Below are positions 19,820-28,390 of a DNA stretch of 32,156 nt, piece by piece. The translations under genes and the position numbers were made by a program. This DNA is from Parachlamydiales bacterium (lineage in GTDB: Bacteria > Chlamydiota > Chlamydiia > Chlamydiales > JAJFMK01): contig JAGVKY010000150.1 of assembly GCA_020050175.1 (NCBI GenBank), positions 1-32,156 of the forward strand. The letters are read 5' to 3'. Under the pieces are notes generated by a model that saw only the letters and a list, made by a program, of their open reading frames with translations, was not told the DNA's origin and made no database searches. The stretch's first letter is position 1. Each line of letters begins with the position of its first letter.

Positions 19820-20511
19820 GGTCGCTGCCGCTTCTTCTTCTTTTTCTTAGCACCTTTTTGAGCCGGGCTGAAGCGGCTCAATTCTTGGACATAGATACGA
19901 CTCAACTTCTTCGGTGTGTCTTTTCTTCAAGACATCACAATCGAATCGCTATCAGCGGAAAAAGGATTAAAAAAGTCTTTTGCCCTGAAGGGGATGTCGT
20001 AGTTAGGCAAGAAGAGGAGAGCGGACAAGTATTCGTTCAGTCTCTTGTTGAGAGGCCCCCTGTCACCACTATTTCCATCGTTTCCAATGATGGAATCGTT
20101 CAAGACATTGAGCTCCATTTTGAAGAATGCTCGGCAGAAATTTTAATCCTGACAGAGAGAAGAGAAGAGTGCCTTGATCCAAGATGCTGCATTGTTGATG
20201 CAGGAACCAATCCTTTCGATGCCTTAATTGCAGGAGTTCTCAATCAGCAAATCCCTGACAATTACATCTCTTTTTCCTGCGATAGAAAAGCCAAACAAGT
20301 CAAAAAAGGGGTTATCCTCCGTCGAATCTCAAAATTTATCGGAGAGAACGATACAGCCTATTTACTCGGAGTTGAAAACGTCTCAAGAATTAAACAGTGC
20401 ATCCAAGAAAGCGACGTCAATATTTTAGGCGGAGATTGGGTCTACCTTCAAAAAAGGGAACTCTGTCCGGGTGAAAAAACCTTTGCCCTAGTGGGAAGGA
20501 TGTTGCCATGA
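19816..20511 (+). CDS. traK: Type IV conjugative transfer protein TraK (secretin-like)
   Basis: It has a signal peptide and the motif HHNRIAISGKRIKKVF...ESGQVFVQ, which is typical of TraK. It has an ATGA overlap with traE. Confidence 0.8.
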   Translation: MRSLPLLLLFLSTFLSRAEAAQFLDIDTTQLLRCVFSSRHHNRIAISGKRIKKVFCPEGDVVVRQEEESGQVFVQSLVERPPVTTISIVSNDGIVQDIELHFEECSAEILILTERREECLDPRCCIVDAGTNPFDALIAGVLNQQIPDNYISFSCDRKAKQVKKGVILRRISKFIGENDTAYLLGVENVSRIKQCIQESDVNILGGDWVYLQKRELCPGEKTFALVGRMLP

Positions 20512-21728
20512 GTAACCAAAATCGGATCACTCACGGCAAGCAAATCAAAAGATTCTCACTCATAGCAGCGACAGCCACCCTCCTCTTCGGAGTCATTGGC
20601 TATTACCTCATTGACGACTCGAAAGAATCAAAATCTCCTCAAATGGAGAGCGATCTCCCTCTTGATCATCTCAATCCTCAAGATATGTGGATGTCTCGGA
20701 TGGAAAATGATTCCAAGCTTTTCCAGCAAAAAATGAATTATCTGGAAGACCTTATTCTGGAGACCAAAAAACGAGAATTCGAAACCGAACAAGAGAACAA
20801 CTCTCTACGCCAAGAACTTTCTAAGCTAAAAAGAGAGCTAAAGGAACTTTCAGACCGACCAGTTCAAGACCCTCCTCCAATGAGTTTCATGAACGACCCA
20901 TTTAAACCCTATGAAGAAAGATCTCCACAAGGGCCCGTCCGTTCCCCCCTTATTGAACTTGTCATAGAAGGCTCCCCTACAAAGACCAAAAATGTCGATG
21001 AAGTTATTCCAGCCGGCACTTCAGTTCGAGCCGTCCTGCTTTCTAGCGTGGATGTCCCTTGCGGAGCCTTCGGGAGTTCCGATCCACAACCGGTTAAGCT
21101 AAGAATTTTGGACAATGGCCATCTCCCCAAAAAGGTCCAAGCAAGATTGAAAGGGGGCATCGTGATTGGGAGTGTCTATGGAGACCTTTCCAATGAAAGG
21201 GTCTATATGCGTCTGGAACGATTGACCCAAGTCAGAAGCGACGGGGACTTTATCGAAACTGACGTCACTGGCTACGTCACTGGAGAGGATGGCAAGTACG
21301 GAGTTCGAGGATGTGTTGTCGATAAAAGTTCTAAGATGGTCACCAATGCTGCTCTTAGCGGTTTCTTTAGCGGGGTGGGACAATACCTCCAAGCTGCTGC
21401 ACTTGCCAACACTGTGGTCCCCTATGGAGCTGCGGCAGTTCCAGGAGGCCTCTCCCCTGCCTATAGCTTTTACCAAAATAGCGTGGACCTAGCTCAACAA
21501 GCTGGCGCGCAAGGGGCGGCTTCAGCCTTTGACATGCTGACGGATTATTTCATCAAAAGAGCTGAACAGATCCGACCTGTCATAGAAGTTACAGCCGGGA
21601 GAATGGTTGACATTACTTTTACTCACAACGCTGAACTAGGCGACCTCCACACCAAAAACAAGGTAAAGGAAATCCGGGAAAGTTGTCGGAGTCCTCAAAT
21701 CATTAACCCAAACCGTTCAAATGCTTAA
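20508..21728 (+). CDS. traB: Type IV conjugative transfer protein TraB (VirB10-like)
   Basis: It has a TM anchor, a coiled coil, a Pro-rich linker and a C-terminal barrel with IPAGTSVRAVLLSSVD. It has an ATGA overlap with traK. Confidence 0.85.
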   Translation: MSNQNRITHGKQIKRFSLIAATATLLFGVIGYYLIDDSKESKSPQMESDLPLDHLNPQDMWMSRMENDSKLFQQKMNYLEDLILETKKREFETEQENNSLRQELSKLKRELKELSDRPVQDPPPMSFMNDPFKPYEERSPQGPVRSPLIELVIEGSPTKTKNVDEVIPAGTSVRAVLLSSVDVPCGAFGSSDPQPVKLRILDNGHLPKKVQARLKGGIVIGSVYGDLSNERVYMRLERLTQVRSDGDFIETDVTGYVTGEDGKYGVRGCVVDKSSKMVTNAALSGFFSGVGQYLQAAALANTVVPYGAAAVPGGLSPAYSFYQNSVDLAQQAGAQGAASAFDMLTDYFIKRAEQIRPVIEVTAGRMVDITFTHNAELGDLHTKNKVKEIRESCRSPQIINPNRSNA

Positions 21729-22350
21729 GAAATTTTTATTTACGCAAATCATTGCAACGACGTGCCTAGTGGCCAATGATGATCCCCGAAAGGCACAGAA
21801 AATATTTCCCTCTGAAACATTTCTCATGGAGATGCCACAAAAGGGACAGAAGTGGAAAGACATATCAAGGTACATAAGCAGTATTGCAGCGCAAATCGAA
21901 TGCATTCCTTTTGATCAAAATGAGAAAAACTGGTCTGAACTGATTGCCATCCAATTTTTTCGCATCAGAGGAGGATGCCTCAAAGATATTATCTCTGAAG
22001 TTAAGGAGACTGCCCTTTCCTCATATCCTGGCACCAAGGTGACTTGGAACATTCTTGAGGAAGCTGAAAATGAGGTTATCTATGAGTGGACTATTCACGA
22101 ACCTTTTTTAAGTGTACCTCCTCAATACGAAGTTGCAAAAGCCATGCTGAGTCCCAGAGGATTCCACCGAATTGGCTATACCGTCAGAAATAAAGAGGTA
22201 ACCGATCAGCGAAAAGCAGAATTAACAAAGCTTATTCGTAAAAACACTAGAGTCGTTTCTTTCTCAGAGGCTGAGAGATTACCTGAGACGATCTCATGTG
22301 TAGATAGAGCTCACCGTTCGGCGGGACTAGGCGAAACATATAAAGATTAG
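21721..22350 (+). CDS. Hypothetical secreted protein embedded in the tra operon
   Basis: 209 aa with an N-terminal hydrophobic signal-like segment. It overlaps the traB stop by 8 nt. I recognise no family. Confidence 0.5.
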   Translation: MLKKFLFTQIIATTCLVANDDPRKAQKIFPSETFLMEMPQKGQKWKDISRYISSIAAQIECIPFDQNEKNWSELIAIQFFRIRGGCLKDIISEVKETALSSYPGTKVTWNILEEAENEVIYEWTIHEPFLSVPPQYEVAKAMLSPRGFHRIGYTVRNKEVTDQRKAELTKLIRKNTRVVSFSEAERLPETISCVDRAHRSAGLGETYKD

Positions 22351-22394
22351 AAAATGATGGAAGATATTTACACTAAATCCGGTAGAGAAATTTC

Positions 22395-22988
22395 ATGAAA
22401 TTCAACTCTCTTTTCACTCTCATTTTGACCCTAGCTTCTCTCTTATCGGCTGAATCCCTTCCCGAAAAATACCTAATCCCTTACGGCAACCCGACAGCAG
22501 AAACCAAAATAGTCGAATATTTTTCCTTTATCTGTCCCCACTGCATTTCTCTTTTCAGAAAAGATTTTCGAAAAATTCGAGAGACTTACATCGATAATGG
22601 AAAAATCTACTGGGAGTTTCATCCCGTCCCATTAGACCTTGTCACTGTCCAATCCCTTGTTTGTTTAGGGGATCTTTCAGAAAGAGAAAAAAGGATCTTT
22701 TTAGAGGCTCTTCTGGACGAGATTGAATCTGATGATACCAATCTCACCTCTCTCATGATGATCAAAGCGATGGAGCTCTTTCAGAAGCCAAAGCCTCGTC
22801 TTCGAGACGATGAATTTCTAGAAAATCATCCAGCTTTTACCGATGCCTTCAACTTCGTCAAAGAAAACAGAATAGAGGCTGTTCCAACTGTAGAGGTCAA
22901 CGGAAAAAAATATCCAACCGATGTTCCTGATCTAAGTTTCGTCAAAGGAGTCCTGGAAAAAAATAAGGAGGAACATGTTAAGGGTTAG
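22395..22988 (+). CDS. DsbA-family periplasmic thiol:disulfide oxidoreductase
   Basis: It has a signal peptide and the active site FSFICPHCISLF (CPHC, the same tetrad as E. coli DsbA). A late VPT motif is consistent with the cis-Pro loop of the thioredoxin fold. Confidence 0.8.
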   Translation: MKFNSLFTLILTLASLLSAESLPEKYLIPYGNPTAETKIVEYFSFICPHCISLFRKDFRKIRETYIDNGKIYWEFHPVPLDLVTVQSLVCLGDLSEREKRIFLEALLDEIESDDTNLTSLMMIKAMELFQKPKPRLRDDEFLENHPAFTDAFNFVKENRIEAVPTVEVNGKKYPTDVPDLSFVKGVLEKNKEEHVKG

Positions 22989-23313
22989 TCGCTTCTGCTT
23001 CGTATTACTCTCGTTTTTATTGACTTCCTGCCAAGTCTACAGGTCTCAATTTGATTGTCCTCCTGGTTGCGGCGTCCCTTGTACCCCCCTCACGACCTTA
23101 GAAAAGATGATCATTGAAACGGATGAAGGGCCCGATCTATTTCTTGGTTACCTCCCAAGAGAAGAGCAGGATTGCGAGTGTTTTAACCCAGGCCGCTCCT
23201 TAGAGTGCCCTCATAATAAAGCGGTGCGAAAAATTTGGATCGAAGGGAAAAACCTTCCCTGCGGAACTTACGTAGAAGGGCATTATGTCTATTACCCAAC
23301 GAGGGAGAATTGA
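22975..23313 (+). CDS. traV: Outer-membrane lipoprotein TraV
   Basis: It has a lipobox LLTSC followed by the Cys pattern FDCPPGCGVPC that is characteristic of TraV. Its position upstream of traC fits. Confidence 0.8.
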   Translation: MLRVSRFCFVLLSFLLTSCQVYRSQFDCPPGCGVPCTPLTTLEKMIIETDEGPDLFLGYLPREEQDCECFNPGRSLECPHNKAVRKIWIEGKNLPCGTYVEGHYVYYPTREN

Positions 23314-23315
23314 TC

Positions 23316-25766
23316 ATGCTCAGTTGGGTTGAAAGCATCGGAAGAAAATGTTCTGCAATTTTCTCAGAACCTACCCAGTATTCAAGCACAAATGAAGGGC
23401 TTCATCCTCATTTTGACCTGGACCCTCTTTCCCATGAGCTCCCCTACGAGGCATATGATGAGGAGAAAGAGGTCTTTCTCAATAGCCGAACGATAGGTTT
23501 TGTCCTCGAAGCTATTCCCCTAGTAGGAAGCGATGAAACTGTTTCCTCGATGTTAGGAAATTTATTCCAAGAATTCGGGCAAGAAGGGGCATCCATTCAA
23601 GGCCTTCTTTTAGCCGATCACCGCATCGACCCCTTCTTGCACTCTTGGTCTCGATCTAAAAATAAACAGGAGATCTTCGAGGCTATTGCTAAAGAGAGGT
23701 CCTCTTTTTATGCGAATTCAACCTCGCTTTCTCCAAGGATCTTCCGCTTTTTCCTCTCTTATACCCTCCCCCTTGAACAAGATATTCAAACAGAAGTCCA
23801 GCGGCTTTCAGAAACGAAGGAAAAAGTTCTAAAAAGCCTTCGCTCTTTCACTTCAGCTTTTGCTTGGAAACCCAAGGATCTCCTTGAAAATGTTGGCGGG
23901 CTCCTTTGCTTCTCCTTAAGCCCCGAGCTTAAAAGGAGAAACCACTCCCCTCTTCAAAATCTTTCAAGCCAGATCACACAAGGCGGCGGTCTAACTGTCG
24001 AACCTCATCACCTCGAATGGGAAAACGGGACTCACTTTAAAAGCTATAGAGTCGTTGATACTCCCTCCATCTGGTCGATGGGACAGATGCAAAATTTGAT
24101 CGGCGATACTTTAAGAGACGGCTTTAGAATCCCTCATCCTTTCTTCATTCATTATGGGGTTTACTATCCTCCACAAGAGAAAGCCGAGAATAGCTTTTGG
24201 CGGCGCTCTCAACTCATTGAAAACCAAGGGAAATCAGGCTATCTCATCCGTCTGATTCCTGAACTAGCAGAAGAGCTCCGCGAATGTGATTTTATTAGAA
24301 GATCACTCACACAAGGAGCGAAAATTGTCTGGACTCAGCTTTCTTGCGGTGTCTGGGGATCTAAGGAGTCTATCCGCGATGCAGAGCAATCCATTAAGGG
24401 TATTTTCAAGATCAACCAATTTAACCTAGCTGAAAACACCTATCTCCACCTTCCTCACTTAATTTCCATCCTCCCAATGGCATGGGGTGACTACGCCGCC
24501 GATCTAAAAAATCTCGACGTCTTAAAAACAACCCTTTCTTCTGAATGCCCCCACTTTTTTCCCTTCCAAGGGGAATGGATGGGAACATCGACGCCAGGGA
24601 TGATTTTGATAGGAAGGAGAGGACAGCTTCTTAACTGGAATCCATTCGATAGCAAGTCAGGTAACTACAATTCGATCGTCGTTGGCCGCAGCGGATCGGG
24701 AAAATCGGTCTTTATGCAAGACCTTCTCATGTCCGGCTTAAGAGGAGGGGCTCGAGTCTACGTTTTAGACGTGGGTCGGAGTTATGAAAAAATGTGCTCC
24801 ATGATTGGAGGGCAACAGATCGAATTTTCTAAAGATTCTCACATCTGCCTCAATCCCTTTTCGAAAATCAGGATAGATGACCAAGAAGATAAGGAAACAG
24901 CCTTTAGCTTCATTAAATCGATCATTGCCAGCATGGCTGCCCCTAGCTCACAAACAACCGATTATGAAAATGCCCTGATAGAGCGAGCCATTCAACAAGC
25001 TTGGGAAAGCAAAGGCAACTCAGCAACCATTACCGACGTCGCCCATTACCTCTCTCAAAAACCAGACGAAAGAGCAAAGGCTCTCTCTGTCATGCTCACT
25101 CCATACACAAAAGAAGGGATCTATTCGAAGTACTTTGAAGGGACAAACAACATTAGCTTCATGAACCAAATGGTTCTGATAGAGCTAGAAGAACTGAAAG
25201 GAAAAAAAGATCTTCAATCGGTCATCCTGCAACTCTGCATCATGACAATTGCAAATGATGCTTTCCTAGGCGACAGAAAAACCCCCTTCTTTATTTGCAT
25301 AGACGAAGCTTGGGATCTCCTCCGCTCTCCACAAACTGGAATTTTCATTGAAACTCTAGCCCGAAGACTTCGTAAATACTACGGCTCTTTGATTGTTGGA
25401 ACTCAAAGCGTAGACGACTTTTTTACCACGCCAGGAGCTAAAGCCGCTTATGACAATAGCGATTGGATGTGCTTCTTGGCTCAAAAGAAGGGATCTATTG
25501 GAGCTCTTGCCGAGAGCGGAAAAATCCAGAGAGATGAAACCCTTTTACGAGCTCTAGAGACAGTCACTACACGCCACGGAGAGTATAGCGAAGTGATGAT
25601 ATGCAATGCGGATGGGCAATTCGCCATTGCACGTCTCATTTTAGATCCCTTCTCGCGCCTTCTCTACAGTACCCAGGCTAAAGAATATGGTCGACTGAAA
25701 GATTTAACGAGCTCAGGCCTTACTGTCGTAGAGGCTATCCGTCAAATGTTGAGGGAAGGTCTATGA
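23316..25766 (+). CDS. traC: Conjugative transfer ATPase TraC (VirB4 family)
   Basis: It has a Walker A motif GRSGSGKS and a Walker B-like FFICIDEAW. I prefer the ATG at 23316, which lies 2 nt after the traV stop, over the track's 23235, which would overlap traV by 79 nt. Confidence 0.92.
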   Translation: MLSWVESIGRKCSAIFSEPTQYSSTNEGLHPHFDLDPLSHELPYEAYDEEKEVFLNSRTIGFVLEAIPLVGSDETVSSMLGNLFQEFGQEGASIQGLLLADHRIDPFLHSWSRSKNKQEIFEAIAKERSSFYANSTSLSPRIFRFFLSYTLPLEQDIQTEVQRLSETKEKVLKSLRSFTSAFAWKPKDLLENVGGLLCFSLSPELKRRNHSPLQNLSSQITQGGGLTVEPHHLEWENGTHFKSYRVVDTPSIWSMGQMQNLIGDTLRDGFRIPHPFFIHYGVYYPPQEKAENSFWRRSQLIENQGKSGYLIRLIPELAEELRECDFIRRSLTQGAKIVWTQLSCGVWGSKESIRDAEQSIKGIFKINQFNLAENTYLHLPHLISILPMAWGDYAADLKNLDVLKTTLSSECPHFFPFQGEWMGTSTPGMILIGRRGQLLNWNPFDSKSGNYNSIVVGRSGSGKSVFMQDLLMSGLRGGARVYVLDVGRSYEKMCSMIGGQQIEFSKDSHICLNPFSKIRIDDQEDKETAFSFIKSIIASMAAPSSQTTDYENALIERAIQQAWESKGNSATITDVAHYLSQKPDERAKALSVMLTPYTKEGIYSKYFEGTNNISFMNQMVLIELEELKGKKDLQSVILQLCIMTIANDAFLGDRKTPFFICIDEAWDLLRSPQTGIFIETLARRLRKYYGSLIVGTQSVDDFFTTPGAKAAYDNSDWMCFLAQKKGSIGALAESGKIQRDETLLRALETVTTRHGEYSEVMICNADGQFAIARLILDPFSRLLYSTQAKEYGRLKDLTSSGLTVVEAIRQMLREGL

Positions 25767-26230
25767 ATCAAAAGAAGAGATTCTACCGCTCTTTAGCCAT
25801 AACCCTCTGTAGTTTTGCCCTGGCCTCATGGCTGATTCTCTTCGAAGGTTTAGGGATTCGGATGAATGGCAGTGAAAGTCTCCCTTACAAATTTTTCTTC
25901 TCGAAGAGGCCCTCCTCACTAAAAAGAGAAACTCTTGTTGCCATAGAACATCCAAAGTTTCCTGGAAGAGTTGCTAAAAGAATCTCTGGCCTTCCTGGAG
26001 ATATCATCTCCATCAGAAACAATATTCTCTCGATTAATGATCATGAAATTGGCCCGATAAAAACCCTTTCCTCCTCAGGGAAAACGTATACACCCATTCC
26101 AGAAGGGGTTATCCCTTCCGATCATTACTTTCTTTCTGCCGATCATCTTGAAAGCTTTGATTCAAGATACACCGAATTCGGCCTCGTCAGAGGAGCATTT
26201 ATCAAGGAGGAGCTATGGCCCATCTATTAA
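25763..26230 (+). CDS. trhF: Conjugation-associated S26 signal peptidase (TrhF / TraF-peptidase type)
   Basis: It has a TM anchor, a nucleophile box GSESLP, a Lys box VAKRISGLPGD and a C-terminal SFDSRY..G box. It has an ATGA overlap with traC. Confidence 0.8.
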   Translation: MNQKKRFYRSLAITLCSFALASWLILFEGLGIRMNGSESLPYKFFFSKRPSSLKRETLVAIEHPKFPGRVAKRISGLPGDIISIRNNILSINDHEIGPIKTLSSSGKTYTPIPEGVIPSDHYFLSADHLESFDSRYTEFGLVRGAFIKEELWPIY

Positions 26231-26820
26231 CTCTCCTTCTTTACCTCTCTCTCCTTTCCACGACTCTTTTCGCAAAAGATCTAGGAGTCAATGGCCATCT
26301 TTTTGCCATCGAAGAAGAGGACCTCCTTGTCTATTTGCAAAACAAGTTTAGCTCTACTCCACTGCCCGAGAGTGCCATCATTGAATTTCGGGAACAATCC
26401 ACTAAATCACTTCGTCAACCAAAAGGCCTCGGCTTACCAAAAGCTGCGGCATCCCGTTCTTTTACTTATGACCCAAAAATCATGGTTCACGAAGACATTA
26501 AGGATGCCTCCGGCAAGGTAATCGTTGCGAAAGGGACAACCTACAATCCTCTTTCAAATCACTCTCTCACTTCTCCCCTCCTTTTCTTTGATGGAAGGGA
26601 TGAATCCCAACTTGAATGGGCTAAATCAGAGATAGGCCTGTGGATATTAACCGATGGCGCCCCATTAGAGATCGAAGAAAAAGAATCTAACCCGACCTAT
26701 TTTGACCAAAACGGTTTTCTCACCCAAAAACTTGGCATACAAGCTATCCCAGCTAAGGTAACCCAAGAGGGGGACCATTTGAAGATAGAGGAAATCATTT
26801 TAAAGGGGAGAATCTCATGA
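26215..26820 (+). CDS. traW: Type IV conjugative transfer protein TraW
   Basis: It has a signal peptide followed by DLGVNGHLFAIEEEDLL, which resembles the TraW N-terminal motif G..G..ypI.E.D. Its position fits. Confidence 0.8.
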   Translation: MAHLLTLLLYLSLLSTTLFAKDLGVNGHLFAIEEEDLLVYLQNKFSSTPLPESAIIEFREQSTKSLRQPKGLGLPKAAASRSFTYDPKIMVHEDIKDASGKVIVAKGTTYNPLSNHSLTSPLLFFDGRDESQLEWAKSEIGLWILTDGAPLEIEEKESNPTYFDQNGFLTQKLGIQAIPAKVTQEGDHLKIEEIILKGRIS

Positions 26821-27407
26821 GCTTGAGTCTTCTTTATCCCTTCTTAGCCGCACTCTTAGCCTTTGGAGATACAAAATGGGCGGAAGAGATCTCATCTCGC
26901 ATGGATCCTGAAGCTGTGGCATGGGTAAAAGAACAGCTCCTTAAAGATTCCACTATCGAACGGATCAAAAAGGCTGAACACCTCGAGCCTGCTTCAACAA
27001 AGCCTTGCTTCAACGCGGACATTCCAAGATGTCAAAACTACGATATAGCTGTTTGCATTTCATGCTCTGTTCCTGACTCTGTATGGGTTGAACTATCAAG
27101 AGAATTAGAAAAGATAAATGGAGCTTTTGTCCTCCGAGGACTTCCTGAAAATAGCTTTAGAAAGCTTTCAGAGAAGATCCTATCTCTCCAAAAATTGGGG
27201 GTTAATGCTCCCATACAAATTGACCCAAAATTCTTTTCTTCTAATCAGATCGAATCGGTGCCCACTTTCCTCATCCTAGAAGAGGGCAAAATCGATAAGA
27301 TCTCAGGAAACATCTCTATTAGATATGCCCTTCAAAAATTAAGCGAAGAAGGAGAGACTCAAAAAGCAAAGCATCTTGCAAAACTCTACCAAGGAGACAG
27401 CCTATGA
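26817..27407 (+). CDS. trbC: Type IV conjugative transfer protein TrbC (F-type)
   Basis: It shows the C-terminal thioredoxin-like TrbC pattern: VCISCSVPD...FVLRGLPENS...IQIDPKFF...VPTFLI. It has an ATGA overlap. Confidence 0.8.
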   Translation: MSLSLLYPFLAALLAFGDTKWAEEISSRMDPEAVAWVKEQLLKDSTIERIKKAEHLEPASTKPCFNADIPRCQNYDIAVCISCSVPDSVWVELSRELEKINGAFVLRGLPENSFRKLSEKILSLQKLGVNAPIQIDPKFFSSNQIESVPTFLILEEGKIDKISGNISIRYALQKLSEEGETQKAKHLAKLYQGDSL

Positions 27408-28390
27408 GATTGGGTTTCATCCTTCTCTTAGTTTTTTGTCCTCTCTCCGCTGGAATGTTCAATCCTGTCACTGATGTTTGTTGGGAATGCCTTTTCCCTA
27501 TGACAGTCAGCGGAACAAATGTAACGCCAGGAAAAGAGGATTTCGCCAAATACCACTCTCGTTTCTGCATCTGCCCGGGGACCCCTCCAAAAATGGGCAT
27601 TCCTCTGACATTTTGGGAGCCCTTACGCCTTGTAGATGTCACCCGTCATGCTTATAAACTTGTCGCCCTTGGAGGCATCTCCATTGGAAATGAGAGTATT
27701 AAAAACAGAGGATCTGTTGGACTAGTTGATGAGAACCCCTCTACTTCCAGCTTTTACCATGTCCATTGGTACGAATACCCAATTTTGAGCCTCCTCGGGC
27801 TATTCACCGACTTTTCCTGTGTCACAAAAGGTAAAATGGACACTCTCTACCTGAGTGAATTCGACCCTTTATGGAGAGATGATCAACTCAATGCCATTCT
27901 AAATCCAGAAGCAGGCCTTTTTTGTTCGCCTCTAGCACAAACAGCCTGTATTGCCGATTGTTTAACAAGTTCCACTTCATTCCCAAATGATGCTCTTTTT
28001 TGGTGCGCGGGATGTGAGGGTTCTCTCTACCCTTTCACTGGAACAGTGTCGCACCATGTTGGCGGCATTCAAGCGAGCAGCCTCTTAGTCCAACGAACAA
28101 TCGCTAAGCTTCACCGCATGTCTCTTTTAAAGGGGTACGAAAAGGGAGACTTTTGTGAACCAAGACTGATGCCTATCATCAAAAAGAGCCTTTACAAGAC
28201 TCAGCTCGTTCACCCTATTCCTCAAACTTCGGGTTCCTGCCATCCCCTAGGTAAAAGCGATCTGCTTTGGGGTTCAGGAAAATCCTTTCCTAAATCGGGA
28301 GAGGACTTTGTCTATCTACTTTGGGTAAAAAAACAATGTTGTCTCGATGCCGTCAAACCAGCCACCAAAGCCTTTGGAGCATCTTCATGA
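27404..28390 (+). CDS. traU: Type IV conjugative transfer protein TraU
   Basis: It has a signal peptide followed by NPVTDVCWECLFPMTVSG and multiple conserved Cys residues, which is the TraU signature. Confidence 0.9.
   Translation: MRLGFILLLVFCPLSAGMFNPVTDVCWECLFPMTVSGTNVTPGKEDFAKYHSRFCICPGTPPKMGIPLTFWEPLRLVDVTRHAYKLVALGGISIGNESIKNRGSVGLVDENPSTSSFYHVHWYEYPILSLLGLFTDFSCVTKGKMDTLYLSEFDPLWRDDQLNAILNPEAGLFCSPLAQTACIADCLTSSTSFPNDALFWCAGCEGSLYPFTGTVSHHVGGIQASSLLVQRTIAKLHRMSLLKGYEKGDFCEPRLMPIIKKSLYKTQLVHPIPQTSGSCHPLGKSDLLWGSGKSFPKSGEDFVYLLWVKKQCCLDAVKPATKAFGASS

Noticed and set aside
22354-22398. A 14-codon mini-ORF (MMEDIYTKSGREIS) whose TGA overlaps the ATG of the DsbA-like gene
   Set aside because: It could be a coupling or leader peptide. 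However it is very short, has no obvious SD, and such ORFs arise by chance in a 44-nt spacer. There is not enough evidence to annotate it.
23235-23315. Longer N-terminal extensions proposed by the ORF track for traC (23235), traN (28321), atpA (13575), atpG (12074) and cusB (9779)
   Set aside because: In each case an internal ATG sits at or within a few nt of the upstream gene's stop, often as an ATGA-type overlap, and begins the conserved or signal-peptide part of the protein. The extensions would overlap the upstream genes by 30 to 80 nt and look non-homologous.
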